A stretch of DNA of 64,000 bases from Seison nebaliae. Taxonomy: Eukaryota. Both the position numbers and the translations under genes were made by a program. Shown piece after piece: positions 1 through 10,800 of this stretch. Every line of letters starts with the position of its first letter. The stretch's first letter is position 1. The notes beneath the pieces are model-generated. The model had not been told where the DNA came from, made no database searches, and saw only the letters and a list, made by a program, of their open reading frames with translations. Where the stretch lies: the NCBI GenBank assembly GCA_023231475.1, contig JALJEE010000712.1, forward strand, positions 1 to 64,000. Reading direction: 5' to 3'.

Positions 1-886
1 TCTCGATTGTTTGTTTCATAATAGCAACAAAGTTTGCAGCATCTCCACTTTGAACAGCTTCAAACAAAGTTTGTGGTACTTTCTCCAAATCCAGTATAAA
101 TATCATTGGAATTACAAATGCTGCTCTTTTAGAATCCGGAGACACACATGCACCATTGGCTTTTCCTTCTACGTTCTCATCCATTGCTTTACCTAATGTG
201 CTAGCCAATGTTTCTTTTTGACCTTCACATGTATCACTGTCACTGAAATCTGCATTCATTTGACTTTCAACTGTTGCAGTTTTTTCATTTTCTGGTAATT
301 CTCGGAGAGTACTGGTAAGAGTTAACATAAAAGAATAATCACAAGAAAATATTATGGAATAATAATTCCATTTATAGTTTAAGTTAACCCGGCTACAGTT
401 GTGTTTGTTCCCGTACTAGTTTCTGCCGTACTAGTTGTGGCTTTCGTGTTTGTTCCCGTACTAGTTTCTGCCGTACTAGTTGTGGCATTCGTGTTTGTTC
501 CCGTACTAGTTTCTGCCGTACTAGTTGTGGCATTCGTGTTCGTTACTGTACTATTTGTTGCGCTTGCCACAGCAGTGACAACTGTAGTAGCATTACTATC
601 GTCATCGTCCAAAGCTATGGGGAAGGTTCAGAAATTGAAGATAAGTAATAGCATAAAGTAATCATAAACCAGCTGCAACTCCAACGGCAATACCAGCGAT
701 TATAGCAGCAACAATTATTGCTCCCAAGATGCCCATCACCATCGGACTGACAGCTGCTTTTCGTTTCTGCTTCTCTCTCATATCAGTTGTATCTCTGTGG
801 AGAAAGAAGTAAAATTAACGAATTCAATTCCAACAAAATCATCTTAACTTGGATGATATGAACTTCATTTTCATAATGTTTGACAT
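1..886 (-). CDS. Type II membrane protein with Thr-rich mucin-like stalk and an uncharacterised 2-Cys ectodomain (paralog A; runs off the window edge)
   Basis: Exons 886-849, 794-670, 614-389, 311-<1 joined by GT-AG introns. Basic patch (KQKRK), then TM (MVMGILGAIIVAAIIAGIAVGVAAAL), a T/S stalk, then TLRELPENEKTATVESQMNADFSDSDTC..., homologous to the 49157-49573 ORF. Confidence 0.8.
401..541. repeat. 45-bp coding tandem repeat, about 3 copies (TNTNATTSTAETSTG)
   Basis: gtgtttgttcccgtactagtttctgccgtactagttgtggc(t/a)ttc at 401, 446 and 491. Confidence 0.95.
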
Positions 887-1367
887 ATTTGTTTTTAAAA
901 TAAGTTATGAAGAACATTACTTCGACTATATTTATAAACGGTGGAACTTCCATCCCACGCTAATTGCATAATTGCCTTAATCAAAGATTCATAATTGAGA
1001 AATCTTGATCTCTTTTCTTAATGTTTGATCAATTTTGGTTTTATTTTTACATTAGAAATGTTCATGTATTTGAAAACACGGTAATTTGAATTTTAATTTA
1101 ATATAGTTTATAGATATTGATTTTAATTAACGCTAGTTAGATTTGTTAAAGATAAAAATGTTCGATTCACAAATTAATATCGGTTCTCTATGTAGTCTTT
1201 TAATTGCTTCTTTCATAAATTCATAAATTTTCCTCATGGTTAATTTCGATTGTCCTCCGACTCCGATAATTACTCATGAGTAATTCCAGACTTGTTGGTA
1301 GATTCTTATTATAATTTTTTAACGAAATTCACAATGAGATAAATTGAAATATTGTTGATCGATCACC

Positions 1368-1553
1368 TCCATTATGGTCAGTGGTAGGATCTCTACGTTC
1401 CTTAAGACGTGTGTCCCATCGTTGTGGCGTTGAGAACGTGCAGAGACCATTGGTCTACGCACGCACCAATATATGTTTCGAGATGCAGGGTACGTTGTTT
1501 CGCGATTATGCGTGGAATGTTAGTAGACCACTGCGCTACGCACGTCCAATTTT
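1368..1553 (+). ncRNA. Candidate structured Pol III-type RNA or tRNA-derived SINE
   Basis: About 50% GC island in AT-rich flanks; tRNA-like 5' end TCCATTA-TGGTCAGTGGTAGGAT; two long hairpins (1390-1446, 1451-1530); ends in T4. Confidence 0.45.
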
Positions 1554-2096
1554 AGTTGAAGTTTTCATATATACTATATAAATAAATTACTTAACTTCTG
1601 AATATATAATGATAATTTTCTGAACAAAATGATATCTTTATTCGATGACAAATATTCGTGCATTAAGTGGTTCCATTTCATAATAGATTGATTTCATATG
1701 AATCAGGGTCGAAAGACATCTATACTTTCAACTTTTCAACATATGACAATGTTCGAAATTGAATATTTAATAAATTATGACTTAAAAACTTCAGCTTGTT
1801 TCGAAAAGTTTGTCTGTTTATTTTAGTTCGCTTTTCTAAACCGACTCAGTTGAAACGACTTCAAAAATTATTTTGAATTATTTTCATGAAAATAATATTC
1901 AAAGTTTTTAACTTACGGTTATGTTAACAGGTAAAATAGGCGATTGTAATACAGAACATGGTACGTCTTAAACATATCTCCGACAAATTTAAGCTAGGCA
2001 ATTTAAAAACGCAATTTTTTCAATTTGAAGGTTCACAAAGCCGAGAAGTAAGAAAGTAGATCAAAAATTACAAGAAATCGTACTTAATCGAATAGA

Positions 2097-2960
2097 ATGA
2101 CTAAATTTCGTAGCATATATACTTCGAGTATGTATACCAAAAATGCGAATGACCTATCGAAGTCCCAAAAAGTACTCTCGATAGAAAAGAACATCGTAAA
2201 CAACAAGGATCCTAGTGTGATAAAAAGGCCCCGGGGTCGACCAAAGTCTATTGTCAACCAGTGATCCACTCCGAGTTGACTTTAGAGACGTTTTATCGAC
2301 TCCTCTAGCTCACTACTACTTCCAATTTATCCGGCAAACTACAATTTCTCGAAAAAGAGCATGTGATAGGCTCTGGTCGATTATTGGAAATTAACGTCAA
2401 ACTTGATCTTATTTTCCAAATGGTTGGAGAAATGAAAGATGAATTAATTGGTCTTCAAACTCAAACCGGGAACAACTTAAGAGAACAACGAGCAATTATC
2501 GACCCACAAATGATGATTGGGGAAAAAGAAGATAAATTGATTCCCAACAATTCATCGTCTGCAAATAAACAAGACAATCAAATTCCGACATCATATGTTA
2601 AGGCATTGACGAAACGTGAGTTTAATCATGCTAACGAAAAAAGAGAATTGAAGAAGCCGTTATGTGTGAGATCGAGTAAGAATTCCTCGAACCTGTTCTT
2701 CGTTCAATCATGATATCGAATGTTACAAATTCAACGACTTTGGAAATCTTTCAAAAATATTTGGAAGATAAACATTTACCGTTACGCAAATTATGGCGAC
2801 TAAAACATAAGAAATACAAATATGATGATTCCGATGCAGTCGTCCGCAAGTTCATTTATACGATATAGTATTCGAATATATAATTATATAATGAATTTAT
2901 CGACCATTCTATTTGGTCAGAATGTGCATTGGTGACGGAATTCTTCTTCTCCGCAACTAC
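2097..2960 (+). mobile_element. Degenerate non-LTR retrotransposon ORF1-like relic
   Basis: Broken frames: AT-hook KRPRGRPK (2223-2246), coiled-coil ORF 2363-2713 with TSYVKAL, and IDHSIWSECALVTEF (~2899-2943) resembling the D-x3-WP-x3-V-x-EF end of CR1/L2-type ORF1. No reverse transcriptase seen. Confidence 0.4.
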
Positions 2961-3297
2961 GAACCAATTCTTGACAGAAAGATGGGTAGAAGGAACGACA
3001 AGATATCCCGACGATTTATAGATGATTCAGTCGACAGTGACGTCATTATCAAAATTTAGATCTACGACTATTTTACGAGCCAAAGAATTCGTGTGATTAA
3101 AATGAAATAAAAATTTGAGAAAGAAAATGAAATTAAAGAATTTCAAAGAGAATATAGTTTACTTTGATATAGAAGATATTTATTTACTCATCTCATATTA
3201 CGAGTGTAGTCAACAAAAAAATAAAAGAAAAATTCACAATGAGATAAACAACAAAATTCGAACACACATATGTATAACGAGATTAATCGTTGTCGTT

Positions 3298-5106
3298 TTA
3301 AGCGTTTTCTCTTCGGGACGTTTTCGAATAAGACGAATGATTTCGTTGTCCGCTATGTCGTTTACGATTTTTGTTTTTGAAACTGTGTTTTTGTTGTCGT
3401 TGATTCTTCATATCGATGAGCGTCTTTCTCCAAAACGCTTTCTCCTCTTCTCCGTACAACATTCGGATGATCATTTCTTTCGAAAACTTCGTGGAAATTT
3501 TCAATGTTTCTTTTATTACTTCTACTTCTTCTGTCTTCTCCTCTTTCTCCTCATCATTTACATCTTCCGTTGTTGTCGTTACTACTGATTTTTTTTCACT
3601 TTTACTCACTTCATCTTCTTTTACTTCATCTTCATTCTTTTCAACTGTTGTTTCTATTTTTGTGGATTGTAAATCTTCTTTTACTTCTTCTTCATTCTTT
3701 TCAACTGTTGTTTCTATTTTTGTGGATTGTAAATCTTCTTTTTTCTTTTTCATTATTTTAATGGCATCATTTTCACAACGGAATCGAATATGTCCTTTGA
3801 AATCTCCTCGAGCGAAATCGATCCAAGAGACGGAAGCAATATCATCAAACATTTCTTTAAGTGATTCTCTTGATTCTTCTTTATCAATATCTAAAAATAA
3901 ATGAGAAGAAATTAATTGGAATTTTTTTTTCCAATTTTACAATGAACAAACTTTCCATATGAATAACGGAATAGGGCACGAAAACTTCTTTGAGTTGTTC
4001 TTCCAACAGAACTTCTTTTTCTTCTTCAATCTTCTTCTTATTCTCTTCTCGTTTCTCTTTACTCTCTTTCAAACGTTCCACTTTCTCTTGAATCTTCTTT
4101 TGTCTTTCCTCCCTATAAACCGACATGATTTCTCCTCCAAAAAACAAAAGTGATAACATTGAAAATTTTTCTAATTCTGTTTTGTTTTCGAATGTTAATG
4201 GCTCTTCGATCGCCATGAATTTCTTATAATCTTCTTCTTTCTCGAAGACGACATAGACACTTCCCTATGGGAAAAAATGGGAATGATTTGAAATGAGAAT
4301 TGAGAAAATGTTCAACTTTAAATTTGAGTTGTTTTCGAATCATCGTCAAATTTTCAACTTGTCCATAAGTATCGAAAAATCGTTGAATATGGTCCAATTG
4401 TGCATTCAAGGGGAATCCTTTCTAATAGAGATTCTCATTCATAATTTATTGGAAAGAAAAGATAACTAACCACAAAACAGGTACGATTTGCACATTGTTG
4501 TCGTAATTCATCGACTGTGGCCGGAACACTTTCAGGATTAATTCTTTTGACATAAAACTTCCCATCCTCATCATCCAATTTACACTGATGGAATAGATAA
4601 ATTTCTCATAAAAATCATTTTATTTACGAACATCAATTAAATCTGAGCGACAAATTTCGATGGCTTTCTTCAAGATTTCCGTATCATTTGTCACTAAATT
4701 GATTCGTCTGAATTTGTGGAACTCCTCGATATCGATCCCTAAAAATAATAGAAAAATGATTGAAAGAGAAGAAAAAAACATTCATCATTCGCTTCACGTA
4801 ATTTCTTCATATAAGTGTCATGAACGAGATTTGCATTACTGAAATAATACTTCGAATAGATGAGATTAGATAGAATGAAAAGGAAAATTGAAGAAACTTC
4901 AAATTGTCTCTTCAATTTTTGAATATCGACAACTTTCTCCTCTTCATCAATCTTCTTCATTGTCGTCTCTCCATTAGTAGCCGTATCGACATTTTCCATT
5001 TCACTGGATTGACTAATAGTTGTTGATTCAACACTAAAAAAAGAATCCAAAATATATATTCCTTCAAATTGGAGAAGATAAATAACATTTCAACTGCTTC
5101 TGACAT
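3298..5106 (-). CDS. SSB: La protein (La motif, RRM1, RRM2), about 9 exons
   Basis: LKRQFE|YYFSNANLVHDTYM (La motif), NRTCFV|KGFPLNAQLDHIQRFF and FK|GSVYVVF (RRM1), VSWIDFARGDFKGHIRF...LYGEEEKAFW (RRM2), basic C-terminus. Confidence 0.92.
3613..3742. repeat. 60-bp tandem duplication inside the La CDS (KEDLQSTKIETTVEKNEE/DEV x2)
   Basis: Period-60 identity with one mismatch, visible in consecutive sequence lines. Confidence 0.95.
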
Positions 5107-5273
5107 AATCTCTTCTAAATGTTAAGTAACTATTGCAAAACTATCAAGAAATAATGATATTAAATTAATTGAGAATTTAAAATAAATTTCGCATGCTAGA
5201 AATAAACTAAAAATTTAAATTTCAAACAAATAAAATTAAAGATTCTTTTATGCATTTAGAACAAATTGTCGAC

Positions 5274-5286
5274 GTATCTAAGCAAT
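5274..5286. promoter_or_regulatory. RFX X-box-like motif in the La/FAM47-like bidirectional promoter
   Basis: GTATCTAAGCAAT, 11/13 identical to the motif upstream of the MAP9-like gene. Confidence 0.35.
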
Positions 5287-5367
5287 GAGTAAAAATGGAA
5301 TATGTAAATAAAAATAATTGAACCAACACTTTCAATTTAGTTTTCTGATTTGACAGAATAGTGAAAG

Positions 5368-7091
5368 ATGATAGGTCAGTACGAACCTGCCACTGTTGAC
5401 AAAAGTTTCTTTCCATAATAATTATTCCATAATATTATTCGATAGAGACCATCACTCAACACAAGAGTCGACCGACCACTCAAGACATTTCTGATTTCTA
5501 CACATTATTACCAGATATCAGAAATTACAATCATAATCTTGATGATAATGTTTTGAAGTTTTCCATTTCCCTTATAAATTTCCATCTGTTATTCTTCTCC
5601 GCTTGTTAGTAATCGTCGTCAACATTTTGCTAAGGGTGTAAGGTACAAAGTAAATCCATATAATTTTTATATGATTAAACCCGGATTTGACGATTTCCGT
5701 GATGGTTATCCACCGCCAGTTGATAAAGAAATAGTTCCCAAACCGACAGAGGCCGCCGGTCCGTTTGCGACGGAAGAGGAAATCGTTTTAAAAACGAAAG
5801 AGTTGTACAACAGCCGTCCAGGAAAATTAACGCCGAAACAACGTTTTAGCAAATGGGACAGATGTTTCTCCAAAGTCGGTATTTTATCAGGTCAACGGAA
5901 AGCATTAGTAGAGCAGAAGGAGCATGCTTTAATGCGTCATCCTTTGGCACTCTTCTCAAATTATGAGGAAAGTTTACCTGCCGAGGTTCAAACAATATTA
6001 TTTCTAACCAAATCTCTAATTTGTTTCAATTTATAGTTATTTCGAGAAGTAGTTGAATGTTTGGATGAAGAAATGTTTGAAAATTTAGAGAATGAAGATC
6101 GAAGTTTAGAGTTCGGTTATGGTAGGACGAAAGCGCAACAAAGAGACGAAGAACGTCGGGAACAATTCCGAATAGCACAATCGGCTGCTAAAAATAGAGA
6201 GAGTGCGTATAAACGAAAATTCCAAGTTGTCATGGGAAGTGCATTGCCAGAAGGGAAGGAAAATAATAGTTTCTATCAATTTCTTAAAAAGGAGCAAAGG
6301 AAGAAGAAGACTATTGATGGAATTGAACCGGTATATGACGCAACGATTGTTTTGATTTTTTTTTCTTTTTTTATGAAACTAACAAAAAACATTTCTCATT
6401 TCTCATCCAACAGGAACCACATATTGAAAAAATTACAGCTCAATTTTGTAAATGGGTCACTAGTTTGGGCGGTGATCATAATATTGATCCTGCTACATTG
6501 ACTAGTTTGTTCGCGTCGGGATATGAGACTAAACCAGCATTAAGTGTTCCTGTGCATGTTGTTGAATTGACGAATGTTCCACACGAATTACGAGGAGAGA
6601 CTATTGTTGGAGAAAATATGAAGAACATTTTGAGACCATTCAAATCGACACCCCCACATTTACGAAGAAGTCGAAAAGTGAAAGGAAAGAAAGGTTATGC
6701 GAAAGATGATATTTATGATGTACGAGATTATCGATATGGTGCGTGGTATATACCAGTCAATGATTGGACATATCAATTGAAGACACAATCTTTAGCTGAT
6801 CCTACCACTCAACATCATGCACAACGAGAAGCTAAAGAGAAACGAAATCATGATCTGGTTTTTTTCAATTATTTCATCGTCAAAATTGTTTAACTTTCTT
6901 TTGTAAAACAGAATGAGAAATTGGCCAATTTACATGGAACGAAATTATTTAAAGATTTTGTTCTGAATGAAATGACAAATGTGGATCGAACGTTCCAAAA
7001 GCCAGTAAGAATGCCGAAACTTTTGGACGATGTGGAGAATCATCGAGAATTAAAACGTCACTTACCATCTACTAGACCAACAAGAAAATGA
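5368..7091 (+). CDS. FAM47-family protein, 6 exons
   Basis: KPGFDDFRDGYPP, HPLALFSNYEESLPAE|LFREV, RYGAWYIP and NLHGTKLFKDFV...RMP match FAM47 blocks; the frame is restored by about 50-nt GT-AG introns. Confidence 0.8.
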
Positions 7092-7816
7092 TTTTTTCAA
7101 AATGAACAATTTCATAATTTTTTTAAGTTTCGAGAATAAAAATGGTGGATGGTTGTCATCTTTCTCTTCTTATAAGTATTTTATCAAATTAAATATTCGA
7201 AACATCATTTCATAAGAATTTTGTGGATGAATAAAATTTATTATTAGAATTTGAATAATAAATGTCGAAAATATAATACAACCGGAATATGTTTAAATAA
7301 AATACGTTTAAAAGAGCTACGTTTATGTGAAATGACAGTAGAACTGTATAAATAAATGAGTTGTTGAGGAGAATTGACAATTAAAAGAATTTGTTTCGAT
7401 ATTGAACAAAATATTGTCCATTTCTTATTCATTTTTGTAGTTTGGATGACTTGGATCATCTTCTAATTATTCTCCTTTTCTACTTAAAAAAATGAGGCAT
7501 TATTCTGGAACATTGATTGGTTTCCATGACAATGATAATGAGATAATAATAATAATAATAATAATGATAATTGGTAAGGCATCAAAGTTATGAAAGAGAA
7601 TGCGTTAGCAGGAAGAAATGAAGGTTCAAACGAGAGAAATAGAGAAAGAAAGAAATTGTGTAGATTTTCGATGGAGATAAAATCGACAAATTTGATTTAA
7701 TTAAAGAATTTGATTTTATTGTTGTTGTTGTTGTTGGATGAGTGGAATATTAGAGATAAATTTTGAATGTTTCCTCTCAAGAAATGAGTATCAAATGAGT
7801 ATGAAATGTGATGAAT

Positions 7817-10800
7817 TTATGATGAAAGATTTGATATGGAATGAAATCGATTTGTAGATTTCATATTAACTGGATTTGGGTCTTTTCTTGAATTAATCGC
7901 CAATCGATCAGCATCACATGGAAGAGATTTATGTCGAAATTTATTAAGTGACGAGAGACGAGATGTCGATTGAGAAGATGAAAATAGATGAAGATTTGGT
8001 ACATTGGAAGTGAAAGAAAACGAATGAAGCATAAGACTACCGGGCAACATTGGACGTCGTAAGGTCAAAGGTTTCTGCGCATTCGCTAATGTCTGAAGGA
8101 AGACTGATGATGAGGCGGATGAGGATGATGCGGATATTGAATGATTTCGATATCTTTCCTGTATTTCTGAATTAATTCCTGAATTGATTCCTGAATTGAT
8201 TCCTGAATTGATTTTTGATAGTTTTCCCGCATTTTTTTTCTTCGACTTCACATTACTTGAGGTATTAGTGTTCGATTGAGCTGATTGTTCGTTGTGAAAT
8301 GATTGTGAGACAAATTCAGAACAAAGAGTCTGATCTGAAGAATATGAGCACGACCTTCCACTCTCGTTAATTGGCGTTGTCAATTCGTGACGGTTTAGAT
8401 GATGATCAGCAGAGAAAATATTATCATTCTGAAAATTTATCATACAAACTTCCATATCTAATTCGTCTGGTTCGTCCAGTTTCTGTGAAGGTGGTGGTGG
8501 TGATGGCGACAATTCTGGATTCGTTTCTTCAATTTTCATCACACTTTTTGGAATTGGATAAATGATGTTGTCGCACTTTCTTTCCGTTTGTTGTGGACGA
8601 AGTGTCGATGGAGATGAAGAAGAAGTTGTCGTAGTCGTATTAGTATGAATGTGAGAAGAGAGTGATGATGGCATATAATCGGAAACAATATTCTTCAATC
8701 TATGAAATAAATTCGAACCGATTTCTTCGATGATATTCGACGAATTGACCTGTTGATGTTTGGCTGAAACGAGATCGTCATATAAACTCGAATTGAATGA
8801 TGAAAGTGATAAATTATCATCGTTGTGAGAACATAAAGAATTTGGAGACGTTTCAAACAATTTCGGTCGGACCATAGGCGTATCGATACCATCGAAAACG
8901 GTACTTCCAAAATAATATCGATGTCGTTTTTGGAGTAATCGATTTAATTCTTGATTTTTTAATATCTTCCTCTCTTTTTGTAATTCTTTCAATTTCTCAT
9001 AAATTTTCGTATGTTGAAGTTGTTGATTGGTTGTGGATTTCAACTGTTTTTTATCGTCTGATTTCCCTTCAACTAATTCTTCTTTTTCTGTTTCTTCTTC
9101 AACTAATTCTTCTGATTTTCCTTCTTTCTTCTTATCAATATTAATGTGGAGAGGATGATATAAATCTCCTTTTTGTTCATGACCTGTTGGAATGAAGACT
9201 CCTGTAGGCAGATCTTCTAGAATCGACAATAGTGATGGTTTCGCCAATCTCTTCCAAGAGGAGAGTAGCGACGATCCATGAAATCGTTTAACGAAATCAA
9301 TCTTATTTCTATTCATCAATTCATTCAACAATTTACTCTTTGTCTGATCATTAATTTGACTGACCGTCTCGTCCAACGTGTCATTCATCATGAAATGCGA
9401 AGATGACGATATACATTTTAGACGATTATTCTCATTTGTGTCTGCGATCGATTTGAATGAATTAACTGTATCAGCATTAGAAATAATTGACGAATTATCG
9501 ATCAATGATGAATCAAAATCAATATTCGATTGATCTTGAATAATTTGAATATTATTATGATTAATATTATTTTCTTTTTCTTCTTCTTCTTCTTGTTGTT
9601 GTTGTTGAGAAGGTGAAAGATGATTATCATTATGATGATGAAAATTAGTTTTATTATTCATATTCTTGTTTTTCAGAAGATTTTTATTATGATGAAATTG
9701 AATTGAATTTTCTTGTTGATTATCAATTTCATATGAATTATCATCATGAAATTCCTTCGAATTAATCACAATTGATGGTTTTTCTTTCGTTCTTTTCTTC
9801 AACTGATCTGTTAACATATTTGGATGTTGAACGAATGGCGTTAATTTAAACGATGATGTAACTGATTCACGTCCAATTATACTATCCAAATCATTCAACA
9901 TATCTTCATTCAAACGAGAATCACAACAACTATCAATATCATATTCTGTCGGTGCGAAATTACTTGATGGTTGTCGTAAAAATGAATTCTGCTCATTCAC
10001 ATTCTTCATATTATTATTAATCGTAACAGAAATTCCTGTTGTCGTTCCTGTTGTTGTTTTTATTGTTGGTGTGGGTGGTGGGATTGATGATGGTATTTTG
10101 ATGGAATTTGAATGAGATGATGAAATGAATGAATTTACATTAGAAACATTGGTAGTTGTTTTTGGTTCTTGATCGACATTGTTTATTTTTGATGGAATTG
10201 GTCGAGATGATAAGGAGGAATAAGATAATGGAAATAAATTGACTGAAGATGAGATGGAAATATCATCACCACCATTTCCATCTACATAACATCCTGATTC
10301 GATTAAATTCGTTTGAACATTGTCAATTGGAATTGGTGATTGAATGATGGAATCCTTCTCTTCAATCAAATACGACGTCACTTCACTTAATTCATCATTC
10401 AATTGAAAACCATCTTGAGCTAATTCGTTAGCAAGACTATTTCCTTTTCTTTTCGTTTTCAAACCATCTAATGATGACAATTCTTCGTCATTTAATGAAT
10501 TGTAGAAATCATTGTCAGATGAATAAGTTAAACAACTTTCTAATTGTTCAGCATCATATTCTGATTGACTTATTACTTCACTATTATCCGTCAATCTCAA
10601 ATGACGTTGTCTATCCAATCGATGTCGAATATGTTGGAGTGCTGTATGAATTGAACTATCTAACAATTCATCTTTTTCCAACATTCTCTTATTTTCTCCA
10701 TCACAACTGATGGCTGTTCGTCGAGAACGATATCGTTCATCTCGTCTGCCGATGATTCGAACGAGTCGTTGAAAATCATTAATCGTTGCCAATTTCTCAT

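Noticed and set aside
401..661. Plus-strand hydrophobic 86-aa ORF
   Set aside because: Antisense shadow of the Thr-rich 45-bp repeat.
1368..1445. tRNA-Glu/His/Gly gene
   Set aside because: Only the 5' acceptor strand and D-arm resemble tRNA; no TTC T-arm and no complementary acceptor 3' strand.
1445..1550. U4 snRNA or HDV-like ribozyme on the minus strand (gcgcagtgg, cgtagaccaatg, tccacgc)
   Set aside because: Short words only; spacing is wrong for U4, and the P1/P1.1/P3 pairings cannot be built.
3115..4153. Plus-strand ORFs over La, and similar antisense ORFs over TRAK, MAP9-like, the N-rich gene and RABGAP1
   Set aside because: F/L/S-rich shadows of K/E/N-rich coding strands.
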